Source: Styela clava
Lineage: Eukaryota
NCBI RefSeq assembly: GCF_964204865.1
Contig: NC_135262.1
Span: forward strand, 744,001-808,000
Direction: 5' to 3'
Length of the DNA stretch: 64,000 nt
Shown here: positions 15,546 through 27,539 of the stretch, piece after piece
Layout of the letters: each line of letters begins with the position of its first letter
How positions within the stretch are numbered: the first letter of the stretch is position 1
Program-made: the position numbers and the translations under genes
The notes under the pieces: generated by a model
The model's input: only the letters and a program-made list of their open reading frames with translations
Told to the model about the DNA's origin: nothing
Database searches by the model: none

Positions 15546-16616
15546 ATCACTAAGAAGAGCTATAAAAGCCAGTCAAAAATATCAAAATATTTGTCAGAAA
15601 AAAGGCTATATTTCTGATTTGGGGAGAAAAATAAAAATACAAATATATATAAATATATACAGTGATTGGAATAAAGTGCTCATACAGGACATAATATGTG
15701 CTTCAGGAAAAAAAGTGAGGAGTGTTTTTTTTATACATGTATCACTCTGAACAAATAGCCACTTCTAAGACAGAAGATAATGAATTTTAGAACAGCGTTT
15801 CTCAAACTTTGTTCCGTGGAACAGAGCTTCTTTGGAGCGTTCTGCAGAACAGGCATCGAACGTACGACGAAATTGGTCCCCAAAGCAATCGCAGGGTCGT
15901 AAATTTGTCTTCTAACTGGCAACAAACAGACGACGGACAGCCTAGCTATTTAAACAGGTGCACATGCCTTGTGCTAGTACGGAAAGCATAGAATTTTCGC
16001 TAATAACAATTCAATATCATCAACCAAGTGTACAACAAACAAACCTTTTTAATTTTACCATAGGCTAAATGTTCTGGAAACCACCCATACATTTTACCTT
16101 CTAATTTGTTGGTGTTCCATGAGGCAAGATAAAAAGCATAGGTGTTCCAGGGCAAAAAAAGTTTGAGAAACACTGTTTTAGAAAAACTAGCAAGGATGTC
16201 CCAATAGATTATATCGATAAATAAATCGACTATACCCCATACCATATAAATTTATGATTGGCTACTATGGCGATTACTCAGGTTCAAATCAAGAGCCCAC
16301 CACTTCAAACGGATTGTAATAAATTTGATAGGTAACGCCGAAACCAAAAGATTCTGATTGCTCCACCAAACAGCATATCGGTAGATATCAGTGGTTGCTT
16401 ATATAAAGCCCTGTTTAAAACAAAAGGCGTAATCATTGAATAAAAAAATAAAAGGAATTATCACCCCTACTTTGCATCGTTTAACAACATTCTCGTCAGA
16501 GATGAATTTCGAATTGTAAACAGGAAAGATTTCAGTCACTAGATATTTGTGGCCGTTTGCAGAAGGAATCATTGAGAACGAAAAGTAAGCATCGTAAAAA
16601 TAATTGTTCGTCACCA

Positions 16617-19250
16617 CTACCTTGCATCGTTTAATAGAACGTTCTCATCAGGAATAACTTGAAGCATAAATTTAGAATCATAAATATTTTTGAACAACAT
16701 TTTAATAAATGAAGAAGTTACAGTTTGTACGTTATCGACTACAGATATAAAGTTAGCTACAGATCCACATATCGGCATGTTTAAATCATTTTTTTCGTCG
16801 CCTTTTTGATACCAAAAACCTGTGTCTTTTTCTGGTATATTATTCGAATCGGATAGTTTTTTACCGGGATGAAGAGCGAACGGTACAGGCTGATAAAGTT
16901 GGATGTGTTTGCCGTTTTGTTCGGAATCGGCTTTTTCTTCTTTGGTTATTAGAGATGATCTTTCGATACATGTGTCTAGCATCGCTTTCGTTAGACTAAA
17001 TTTCATTGAAGATAGCAGCACTACGTCTTTTTCATTATCTTCTTTAGACCTCGTAACTTCTTTTCGAGATCTCGAAATATGTAAAACAGCTTGCATGTAC
17101 GCAAAATCTATATTATGTGAGTAAGTGTTTTGTTCCGCTTGCGAACCAGTGTTCCCTTTCGGAAAAACTTCCATTTTTGAATCGGGATATTTTACACGAA
17201 ACCAGTTTACCACGTCTTGTACGGACGGTGTTATAGAATCCTGAGCATCTGAAATTCCGTTGGATTTACTGTTATACATTGAAATAATCAGCGTAGGAAT
17301 GATATTGACAGAATCTTGAGATCCGAAAGCACGCTGTAAAATTGTGGGTTCGTAATATTTCCGAATGTAGCGTTCTAAATCCCCAGAAGCACTCGGACTT
17401 TCTCGAATCGGCAGAATGATATAAAGATTAACCGTCTCTAGTTTGTTGTCGTATTCTTCAATCGCTGACACTTTCAAATCTTCTAACGGTCGTAAAATAT
17501 GAACTCGCTTCACCTCGTTAGGTTTCCCTTCCTCTTTGCTAGAAAACGAAATATCCAATAGATAGTCTGTGCCTCGTAATGGGTCAGTACGGTAATATCC
17601 CCCCGCTAAATGACTGTATGTTAAGTGTGTAGCGCTGTGATCTATCGCTACGTCGATAGCAGTTTCCCCGATTTGTTTGAGATCAGCTAAACAATCGTTT
17701 GTAATGTCTCGACTGGGAGTCATATACGACAGACCGAACATTGCTTCGACGTTGAACGACTTCCACGATGTAACACCGTTAATTTTTTCAGCTTTGTAAG
17801 GCCGGGGAGGAATTTTTACCGTCGATAGTTGGCGGTGTTTGAAAACTGGAAGGTGCTCGTTCAAAGCTTTTGATTGGTGTCGTAAATACGATATTTCTTG
17901 GGTCGAAGAGTTCAAAAGTAAACTTGTAAAATGTCGATGAATTTTGTACATAATGTACGGTACTTTAACATGGTGGAGGGTGATTGCTTTCTGGAGATGA
18001 ACATTCTCGGCTAAATTCCCTAAAAACGGACGTTCCTCAGTGTATTCTTCTTGGTAGGAATGATAAAATAATTTCAAAGTCTCCCAAGCATGAGTGCACT
18101 CAATATGTAGATGGTTACTCACGCAACGACCTATTTCAACGTCTTCCTCACCAGAGACAACCTCAGCCATACACTCATCGAGATGTGGGCACAGTTTTTT
18201 GAGTGCTTTTCGATTAAACATCACCGTAGGGCCGCCCATACAAAAATTATGTCCGTTTAGTCCAAGTCGGTCCCGCACTTCTGGGACCCCATGCCCCGGT
18301 TGACCCATGTAGATTAGTTTATTGCTGTCAATCAAGCCCAGAAACTCTTTTAGCTCTTCAACGCGGATATAGACGTCATCGTCAGCTCTAATAAACCAAT
18401 CATAATCGTCGATATGGTTCTCGCACATGTGTTTCAACATTTTGAACGCTTTTTTCTGTGGGGGGTACTCCCTATCGCTAACGCCCTCTAGGTTAATCAC
18501 AGGAACGCCATATTTCTCCGCAGATCCAAGCTCGGTGAAAAATGAGAGTTTATCGACTTGGGACCCCCATGTTGAATTCACTGCTATTGCTCGTGATCCG
18601 AGGAAAATTTCAGCAGTAATAACCCCAACAAACACTTTGGATCCAAAATTTATTTCTTTATTTATCGATTTAGGGACGGTCTCTTCAGATGGGAGTTCTT
18701 CAACTACGTGTTTTGGGCTATCAGCTTTTACGACAGGGTAATCTCCCCTCCCTTTTCCAAATTCGGGCTCCATAATCGGATCCTTACCCATCATATTATT
18801 AATTTCTTTTAACCTGACTTCATATGGGATGGTGTGTTGTAAAACGTCATTGAAAAAATATTCAGATTTCTTCGTTTCCATCCCCCCAATCAGAAATCGG
18901 TGCTGGAATAATAAAGCTGTTAGAGTGATCCCGAGAACAACACCCAGAATGAATGAAACAATCGTCTGCGAGGATCGATCTTTCGTCACAATTTGCATCC
19001 ATGAAATGCAACGATGCGCTAAATAAAATACAAATTGAAAAGAATTTTCATCCTCTAGGTGGGGTTTGGTGTTCAAATCTGATCCATGTTTCAAACGCTT
19101 GTCATGGCGCTCATGTTGGTGTGTAATATAAACTTCGGAGTCAGAGAAGTGCTCTTTATCGCCCTCACTTTCATGCCGAGCCGACTGATGAAAGAACTGA
19201 GTTCGCTCTGACGTTGACGCCTCCATGCCAGACTCTAGGATCGTACTCAT
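16617..19250 (-). CDS. CHSY1: Chondroitin sulfate synthase family glycosyltransferase (type II membrane protein), intronless, 877 aa
   Basis: N-terminal TM segment (FILGVVLGITLTALLF). GT31-like domain with VFVGVITA, YPPQKKAFKML, WFIRADDDVY, FCMGGP and EDVEIGRC. GYYRTDPLRGTDYLLD linker typical of CHSY/CHPF. Acceptor at 19267-19266. Confidence 0.9.
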   Translation of the reverse strand: MSTILESGMEASTSERTQFFHQSARHESEGDKEHFSDSEVYITHQHERHDKRLKHGSDLNTKPHLEDENSFQFVFYLAHRCISWMQIVTKDRSSQTIVSFILGVVLGITLTALLFQHRFLIGGMETKKSEYFFNDVLQHTIPYEVRLKEINNMMGKDPIMEPEFGKGRGDYPVVKADSPKHVVEELPSEETVPKSINKEINFGSKVFVGVITAEIFLGSRAIAVNSTWGSQVDKLSFFTELGSAEKYGVPVINLEGVSDREYPPQKKAFKMLKHMCENHIDDYDWFIRADDDVYIRVEELKEFLGLIDSNKLIYMGQPGHGVPEVRDRLGLNGHNFCMGGPTVMFNRKALKKLCPHLDECMAEVVSGEEDVEIGRCVSNHLHIECTHAWETLKLFYHSYQEEYTEERPFLGNLAENVHLQKAITLHHVKVPYIMYKIHRHFTSLLLNSSTQEISYLRHQSKALNEHLPVFKHRQLSTVKIPPRPYKAEKINGVTSWKSFNVEAMFGLSYMTPSRDITNDCLADLKQIGETAIDVAIDHSATHLTYSHLAGGYYRTDPLRGTDYLLDISFSSKEEGKPNEVKRVHILRPLEDLKVSAIEEYDNKLETVNLYIILPIRESPSASGDLERYIRKYYEPTILQRAFGSQDSVNIIPTLIISMYNSKSNGISDAQDSITPSVQDVVNWFRVKYPDSKMEVFPKGNTGSQAEQNTYSHNIDFAYMQAVLHISRSRKEVTRSKEDNEKDVVLLSSMKFSLTKAMLDTCIERSSLITKEEKADSEQNGKHIQLYQPVPFALHPGKKLSDSNNIPEKDTGFWYQKGDEKNDLNMPICGSVANFISVVDNVQTVTSSFIKMLFKNIYDSKFMLQVIPDENVLLNDAR

Positions 19251-19650
19251 ATTTTAAATAAATTACTGAAAAAAAAAAAATTAAAATCAATTTTTTCCTT
19301 GTATTGTGACATCTTCATATCTTACAAATTGGAAACAGATTTCGTTTAATAGTAATCAACAGATGGCGTCTTGCGAAGTAAACGTCGTAACTGCTTAAAT
19401 AACACCAAACACAAATGTGATGTGAAAATGAATGCTGTGAGTACTTAAATATTGCCAAATGCAACCCAAATTCGAAAAAAAATAAAATAGAAGTCCGTTT
19501 TGCGCGAATACTATACACTAAACGCAATGTGGCCATGGGACATACGAAAGGCGACAACTCGACTACACAGACAACTTGACTACCGATGGTAAGTTCTCCG
19601 TCTTTTCGCATTTTCTACGGCGATGTCTTAAGTCAAAACGGGTGTTATTT

Positions 19651-20019
19651 AGATCTTAGTTTCTTACCTAACATACTTCTAGTGGGCATAGCATGACAAT
19701 TTTTCACGTATCAATCCTAACCACCACCTGACCACACCATCCAAAAATTACGTCACAGTGACGAACTGTCATCCAAGACGAGCAGACGAGAACCTGAAGA
19801 CGAGATCGCTGACGTTGGTCAGTTCTTTATCTGTTTATCGTTGGCGCCGATGCCATTTCGGGCGATCTTACGAGTATTTGGCAAGCTCTATGATGTGATT
19901 ATGACGTCATAGTGACGTAATTTTTGGATGGCGTAGTCAGGTGAGGGTTAGGATTGGCATGTCAAAGAATGGTTATGCTACGCCTACTAGAAGTACGTTA
20001 GGTACGAAACTGAAGGGCC
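19651..20019. mobile_element. MITE (family M3)
   Basis: Long TIRs (AGTTTCTTACCTAACATACTTCTAGT.. / ..ACTAGAAGTACGTTAGGTACGAAACT), homologous to 23384-23840. Confidence 0.75.
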
Positions 20020-20634
20020 CTAATTTATAGCCTAGATAGGATGAAATATTATTTATTAATATTGTTTACTGCAATAATGTTTTATTTTATAAAAATCCAA
20101 AATAAAAGGTATGCATAGTGTGATCTGGAATCGTATTGTTTGTTGATTGATATTGTTTCTCGCAATATTGTTTTATTTTTCAAAAATCTAATGAAAAAAA
20201 GCAAGCGAAAAACAACAATTCAATTGAATTACCCGCCTACTACAAACTAAATTTTTAGCACACACAAAGGCTATCCAAGTGAGAATTAAAGCTATTTATT
20301 CCAGTATATACCAGTCTGCCAGTAGAAGTGCTACCGGTATATCCTGATATCATTTTAAGTTCCCTGTCAAGCAAATCCAGAAATCAATGTACTGGAATTA
20401 TAGGACTACCTCACTAGTTTACAAATAAATACCTATACAGTACCGGTACCGTAGTACTGCACATATCGGTAGCTCATAGCTTTATAGCTGCGCAGATAAA
20501 ATAGATAACTAACGTATCACGAAACCCTACGATGTGATAAAATCCACATAAATTCCAAGTTTGCTAAAGTAAGGAAGGCAAACTGCTTTTCCAACCTTTG
20601 ACCCTAAGAAACTAAAATCTGACAAATGACCTGA

Positions 20635-21152
20635 TGGACCTTTCCCCGACCTTTGAACCCCGGAAAATTCTTCCCATACTTTACCATTGCAACATTTTCG
20701 GGGCTATTTTAAGAGTGCTTTTGCGAGCTAGCGCCTGTAGATGGGTTATGTGTTTCAAACCATCATTATGATTCATCGCATACAACAATCTGTTTTTTAA
20801 AAGTACTGTTAAAGAATTTCAGGATAGTGTATCACAGCTATTTCTACACCATTTTTCATTACTGCAATTAAATTAAAACTCCTAGGAAGACGTAATCATT
20901 GAAGAAGAGTAATCATTGAATTATCTGATTTTTATTTAAGTTCGAAATCCGAAACACAACTGAAAACTAACGAATAGAGTTCAAAAACGCGAAAACGAGG
21001 TAATGTTTACAACCACGCTTGAAAATCTGCCTGAGTGAGAAAAGTGTCTGAGCGGATGCGAAAAGGGGGCATTGTTACGTCACTTTATACATCTTGCTGA
21101 TTGGCCAATGTCACGAGGTAAACAAGGAAGTCGATGCTCGGGGAAAGGTCCA
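20635..21152. mobile_element. MITE with TIR GGACCTTTCCCCGA (PIF/ISL2EU-like, AT flanks)
   Basis: AT|GGACCTTTCCCCGA...TCGGGGAAAGGTCC|AT. An inverted, internally deleted copy lies at 42350-42695. Confidence 0.75.
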
Positions 21153-23383
21153 TTACAGTATATCTATATATGTTTAATGCGTTTTCTGGCGTTAACTGCA
21201 ATGTCGTTAAGTTGTCGAAATGCTCGACTGACCAATTTTGCGATAACAAACTCGGATGATTCTGTGTCGTTGGGAGCCGACATTTACCTATCACACTGCT
21301 ATTCATGACCAAAGTTTTGACTGCACCTCTAAATTAATTTCAAATTTTTTTGAGGCTAAATTTGCGTTAACTTGTAAATATACACAGTTAGAATTTCTGA
21401 TGTCCGCTGTCTGATAAGCGGATTCGCTGATTTTGCACGTTTAGCCAGAAATAAATGAGAGTCGGTGCATTGCTCCGCTGTTCTCCTCTAAATTTAATGA
21501 TGATTTACTTCAAGCTCGAATGGCAACAAAACGCAGAAAAGTTGATGCTAAGTGCAAAGGGTTCAATGGCGCTGAAAATATTCAAATGGAATTTTTTGAG
21601 ATGCAATGAGGAAATAAATCTATATTCTATTCGAGAGATGTATCACTGCTTGATTTTTAATATAAAAAGTATCATCCGTTCAGTTTCAACTTTCTAAAAA
21701 TATGTGCGGCCGGCCGCCAATGACTCGCAATCCTTAATTTTGGCCCGCGGGCGACAAAAGTTTGCCGACCCCTGCCGTAGATGTTGCAAATATTCTGTCA
21801 GAGGTGAAGCTAAATTTGCAGGGAAAAAATTTGTATTTAAAAAGAATGTTTGCGATTTTTACGAGAAATGTCTATCGTATATAGAGCTGCACGATGAAGC
21901 CTACAATGCTGCCACACATATTGACAAATTTGAAGAGTGAAATAAACTGGACTGAAGTGTTTGGTCTGCAAAATTGATAAATGATATGTTTGGTTAGCTG
22001 ATCAGGTTTTGAATAGCGATGCACTTTTCGACGAATACTGATAAAGAGATATTTATCTGAGCATGGTTCAAATGCAATTTGACTTACTTTGCCGGTTGAA
22101 ATTAAGTGGACAGAGATGTTTAACGTTTTTTCTAACAGAAATATTAGCATTTCGAATTTGCAGCAAATTGGTTGATTTTGTTTTAAGGAACATCGCCTAC
22201 TGTTAAAAAGATTTTTTCCATTGTTAAAAAAATTTGGTCCGAAAGCAGGTGCAGAATGCCAGAAGAAAATATAAAACCACTCCGTAACCTGCAAATTTAA
22301 TGGTGATGTCTCTTGTTATCAGTTTTATGACAAAATCAAAACAAGAATTTTTGAGAAAGGTTCAATCTGCGGACTAATACTTTTGGTCTAAATGAATAAT
22401 ACAAACTAATTTTTTGTGTTTTTTCTAATTCAATGATCAGTAGAGATTTACAGCCGTATATACCCGCAATGGCACGGTAGACGTTCCAATATTATCAAGA
22501 CTGGCAATCGACCGAATGTTTGCCAAATCGCACCGTCCCGGTTTTTTGTTTCAGATTTATGGCAAGCCTAGTTATCATGTGGATAAAAAGTGATGCGTTT
22601 ATTAATAAAAAAATAAAAAAAAACCAAAATAAAAAAATCACCCTGGCGAGCGTTTTCTGTTTTACTTTTGCGCCTAATATCAAAATCTTTGCGAAATTCT
22701 ACCGTACATAATTAATTTTTGCAAATTGAAAATAAATATGTAAATCTCAATTTTTTTTTGTTCCACAATGTTGACACATGGCGACACTATGGAGCAAATA
22801 AACGATTTTGGCGAAGATCTGGCTGGATAGCATGAGTAAGTAAGTAAGTGTAAGTGTAAGTAAGTAAGTGTCTTTTCTATATTAAATGCCGTACCGTATT
22901 CGAATAAATAGGATTGGATACGCATTGGATAGATTAATAATAATAGGTTGATTATGATTACTTGGATCCGTTGGATGCATGAGTTAATATTATGTATTTT
23001 TATATGTTTATTTCGGCTCCGTAATCAGCATAATTGAAGACGCTACGGTATGGTATTCATATATTCTGTATATTTCTTGGTAAAAATAAATAAAAACAAA
23101 CTGATTACAAAATTAGGACAGCAAACAAAACCCTGAGGAAACCCTGGTTGCCAAAAGAAGTAATAAAGACACAATAAAACAAGAGAGCTACGCCCAAATA
23201 TATGGACACGTCTGTTCGCAGTACAGTACGGTTTACCGTACCGTCAGATCACAGTCTACATATATATTTACACCAAGCGAAGCAGTACCGGTACAGTAGG
23301 ACACAAAATGGGGTCCGATGCCGCAGAACGTTTAATGACGTCATAGCAAACAAAAAACAAATCTCACAGAGCTAACAGAAATA

Positions 23384-23840
23384 GGGTCTGGTATAGTTTA
23401 GTACCGGTACCACATGTACTTCTAGTTGACCTGGCTCAACAATTTTTGCATATGTCAATCCTAACCCCCACCTGACTACGTCACCGAAAAATTATGTCAT
23501 TTCGACGTCACAGTGGCATAATAAGGCCCACCGAAGTATGGGATGGTCGTCCAAAACGCGCAGACGATCACTCGAAATCGAGCAAGCAATTTCTCTCGTT
23601 TTCTCGTCACAACGATCACTATAGAAGAGAGATCGCCGGCTTTAGCAAGTTCGTTATCGGCGGCGCAGATGTCATTTCGGGCGATCGTAATTATACTTTG
23701 GCAATCCCTATGACGTGATGGTGACGTCGTAGTGACGTAATTTTTGGATGGCATAGTCAGGTGGGAGTTAGGAATAGCATATGCAAAATTCGTTATGCTA
23801 CGCCCACTGGAAGTACTTGTGGTACTAAACTATACTACCC
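23384..23840. mobile_element. Merlin-like MITE (family M3) nested in an older element
   Basis: ~110-bp imperfect TIRs, GG..CC ends and perfect 8-bp TSD CAGAAATA. A related copy lies at ~19651-20019. Confidence 0.8.
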
Positions 23841-24293
23841 CAGAAATATTTAAAATGAATAAAAGTAATAGCCTTCTGGGGAAAAAATTTATCTTCAACC
23901 ACTGAAAATTTCAAAGCAATTGGTCCAGTATTCGAAGAGAAAAGCGGTTTTTTAATATTTCCACTAGGTGTGTTATTCTGTGTCAAACAACAAGAAAAAC
24001 ATAATATTGAAACGATCGTTATGTCCACTACGTGTCCAATAAGTAAAAGGAGTGAAATTTGGATTTTATAATCTACAAATCTCATTAGAGGAAATTCTTC
24101 ATATTTTGAGAAGAGTCAATTCTATTAGATGATGTCAGTTCACATTACGGTACTTAGCTCACTTTGTTCTGTTTTATGATGTCAGAGGTAGCTTGCAACG
24201 TGCCCTTTCCTTCAAGCGAAATAGAATTTATAAATGCTTGTTATTTTCAGTGACTAATTACTTCAGTAAATTTAATTTTATATTCAAGACAAC

Positions 24294-24971
24294 ATGGAAC
24301 TTCAATTGGACCGGAACGTCAAACTTCGAGATCTTAACGAGCATATAACCTGCTTCGTATGTGGCGGATACCTTATAGAAGCAACAACCATCGTAGACTG
24401 CTTACATACTTTCTGTAAAAGCTGTCTCATCAAACGATTACTCAGCAAAAATTATGATTGCCCGAAATGCGGAAATCAAATTCATCATAGCCATCCGCTA
24501 CAATATATTGGTTACGACAGAACACTTCAAGATGTCGTCAACAAATTAGTTCCGAGCTTACAGCGTCTTGAAACAGCAAGGGAGGAAAAATTTTATCATG
24601 AGCGCGGATTGGACTGCCCTCGAAAAGATGTTGTCGCTATCAAAACGGAAAATTTAACTTCACCAGAAGATCGAGGAAAATCTCAAAACTACCATCGTCA
24701 TGACGAACAAATTCAAATCTCTCTCGTCCGTGGGAGTGACAAATTAAAAACATTGGAAAAACCATTTATGATTTGTTCTGTAAACGCTACGATTAAAATT
24801 TTGAAAAAATTTGTTGCAAAAAATATCGGAATTACGAGCGAACTTGATATTTTATGCAATGAGGAAATACTTGGACGAGATCACTCGTTAAAATTTGTTC
24901 TCGTCACTCGATGGCGCTCAAAAGCACAGCCTTTGTTACTAGAATACAGACCTAGAGTGACTTTGCTATGA
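24294..24971 (+). CDS. PCGF3: Polycomb group RING finger protein 3/5-like (RING plus RAWUL), intronless, 225 aa
   Basis: C3HC4 RING (CFVC..CLHTFCKSC..CPKC), HPLQYIGYDRTLQDVVNKLVP, and C-terminal LDILCNEEILGRDHSLKFVLVTRWR..PLLLEYRP. Confidence 0.93.
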   Translation: MELQLDRNVKLRDLNEHITCFVCGGYLIEATTIVDCLHTFCKSCLIKRLLSKNYDCPKCGNQIHHSHPLQYIGYDRTLQDVVNKLVPSLQRLETAREEKFYHERGLDCPRKDVVAIKTENLTSPEDRGKSQNYHRHDEQIQISLVRGSDKLKTLEKPFMICSVNATIKILKKFVAKNIGITSELDILCNEEILGRDHSLKFVLVTRWRSKAQPLLLEYRPRVTLL

Positions 24972-25391
24972 AATGCAGCCATTTAATATATCTGTTATAT
25001 CTTTAGTTCCAATTTGACCTCTCCTTTTTACTTGAGTAATCATTGAACTGTGACTGGTCAGAATAATCTCTACTTAATCGCCAACAGCGTATTCTGTCAT
25101 TTCATGCTTATTTGATTCTTGAGATGGCTCCTGGGGAAAGCTTATGGTTATCCTCTGACTCCTGATCATTTTTTCCCATATTTTACAACGGTGAAATTCT
25201 AAGAGTATTTCGTGATATGACGCCCAAATATTGAATGAATATAATTGGTTTGTCTCGATGAATAACAAATTGTATAATTGAACGCATGAGGGATTATGAG
25301 TCGAGAGGGGCATATCGCATATAAGCTGAGTTTACAACTCAAAAAAAAGATGCCAAACTAAGTGGTCGGCTTATACTAGCATAACTCAGAT

Positions 25392-25638
25392 CAGGGGTGT
25401 AGCCAGAAATTTTTAAAAGGGGGGGGGGGGGGGGGTTCTGAATTATTTTTTCGCAAAGTTAGATCGAAACTGCTAGCGGGCCCGATCGAACGCTGGAATA
25501 CACGTGTTTTTAGTAGTCTTGGGGGTCTAATAAGCATTTCAAATTGCTATCTATAATACAGAAGAATGATTTTATTTTTTTTAATTTTGAAAGGGGGGGG
25601 GGTTGACCCGCAAAACCACCCCCCTGGCTACGTCACTG
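25392..25638. mobile_element. hAT-like MITE
   Basis: TIR CAGGGGTGTAGCCAG / CTGGCTACGTCACTG, perfect 8-bp TSD ACTCAGAT. Confidence 0.8.
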
Positions 25639-26150
25639 ACTCAGATTGCACTAAATTTTCTTCCGAACCAGCGTGTTCTGATTCGTAGTTTCAGCTTATG
25701 TGCGACACTTTTAATTGAAACACGATTGTGCGATGTCCCTCTTGACAAATATGAACACTGCCAAAATAATTCAACAAATTCAAATGAACAACACGAAGAA
25801 TGCATTCGGGATAATGATATCCAGTTTTGGTTCTCCGCATTTCCTTTCCCCAGCAAAAAGTGTGCTGATTTTATTAATTTTTTTTCTCAATTTTGTATGT
25901 TGTTAAACTTGACAATGACTTTTTGATTTGGATGATCAACGAACAAATTTTTGTATTTTTATTGCAATATTTTACTTTCTTTTTATTATAATTTTTTTCA
26001 TTGACTCAGGTTTTATGAAGCTCTCTAATTAATCTGTGAAATATGTCTGCGCAGAAGAACCTAATCCTAACTCAGAAACACATTGATGAAATTTATTTCT
26101 GAGTTGAGCATAACCTATGTTGAATATATTCGATGTTTCATATTCTATAA

Positions 26151-26406
26151 CAGTGGTTCCCAACGTTTCACAGCTCGAGGCCCCTTCAGGCGGCTTTTGG
26201 CACTCATGTTCATCATCCCAGTGTTATTTTGATTGGTAGATTCCAAATCCTATTATGTTCAAACAATTCATGCTCAACAAAGTGAAAACGTCCTGTGAAA
26301 TAACCTTATCGAGCAATGAAATTAGGAAGAACGAGGAGTTTTCTTGTAAATTGAAAAGTAAAATGAGTTATGCGCCTGCCACTGTGGCTCCGGTCAGGAA
26401 CCGCTG
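26151..26406. mobile_element. hAT-like MITE
   Basis: TIR CAGTGGTTCC / GGAACCGCTG, perfect 8-bp TSD TTCTATAA. Related to ~13700-13940 and ~43350-43776. Confidence 0.8.
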
Positions 26407-26634
26407 TTCTATAATATGGATTTGGATGCGAATCAGTATATATCAAATTTTTTTAATACTCATAACTTAATTATGTGTTTGTAGCAATAGATTACCTGTA
26501 GTTCCACTCTAAATTCCCTTGCATTTATCACGGCTAAGTGCTAATCATGGGTAACATTTTTACTGCTTTTTGAAAAAAATTTGGAGCTAAATTCAGCAAT
26601 TCCATAACACAGGTTTTTAATATTTATTCTGAGA

Positions 26635-26830
26635 GGAGAGAAAAGTCGATGATACAGCTTAACCATATTATGAACGGCCTCTTGTCCAGTTACCGGTCCA
26701 TATCGGGGATGAGATTAGTTAGTTATCAGTTTCATATGCATGGACTTGATGGTGGAGAAAGCTGTGACTGACCAGTGGTTTCGTGAACCACTCTACAGTG
26801 GCAACGAGACTAGCAATTCTTTTGCGCAGT
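26635..26830 (-). mobile_element. Degenerate SINE (family A)
   Basis: Reverse complement of the SINE body. Confidence 0.65.
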
Positions 26831-26899
26831 GAAGTGTAGCAAATAATTTTATACTCGGTTTCAACTGTTTTTTTTTTACTTTTTAGAGAAATAATAAAA

Positions 26900-27325
26900 A
26901 TGCCTCGCTATGAGATCGCACTCATAATGAAAGTTTTAGAGAGACCCGAGACGGTGAGCACCATGAAAGGACTTTTGAAGAACGTCATGAATAACGGAAA
27001 CGTGGTTCGAAAAATACAATGCCTTGGCTCGAGAGGGTTGCCAGCTTCGAAAAGATCTGAAGGAGAGACGCACAGAAACGGAATGTATTTTATTTTAGAC
27101 GTTCATGCACCCACTACCCAAGTTCAGCCAATAAGGAAATCATTTTTGAACGATAAAAATGTTCTTTTTACGAAAGTGAACGATTATTATTCCGTTTATA
27201 AACCTGAGCCACCGTGTGGCGGAATGAACGAGCCAGATTATGAAAAACTTTTGGAAGAAAAACCGAAGCAAATGATGTCGCATCCTTACTCAAATGATTG
27301 GTCGACAGGAGTGACCAACTTATAA
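26900..27325 (+). CDS. MRPS6: Mitochondrial ribosomal protein S6 (bS6m), intronless, 141 aa
   Basis: MPRYEIALIMK...GNVVRKIQCLGSRGLP...H.NGMYF matches the bS6 pattern. A polypyrimidine tract and AG at 26886 sit just before the ATG. Confidence 0.9.
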   Translation: MPRYEIALIMKVLERPETVSTMKGLLKNVMNNGNVVRKIQCLGSRGLPASKRSEGETHRNGMYFILDVHAPTTQVQPIRKSFLNDKNVLFTKVNDYYSVYKPEPPCGGMNEPDYEKLLEEKPKQMMSHPYSNDWSTGVTNL

Positions 27326-27539
27326 GGCGAGTGGCATGGCTTATTCATGAGAATCATATTCTTATTAAAGCCTTGTTTGATGACTTAGTCAAGAACATCA
27401 TGATCCAATAATTTTGTTGTGAGATTCATTTTTCGTGAAAAATTTGCTCTAAGCAAGGTCACGCGCACTCTTCACGTAGACTTATCTCTGGGCGAAGTTA
27501 CAAAGACCACTGAAATGCAAAGAGCTATGGCTGACTGTT

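Noticed and set aside
16903-19026. Plus-strand ORFs overlapping CHSY (likewise those over PUM3 and C7orf25)
   Set aside because: They are antisense shadows of long coding sequences.
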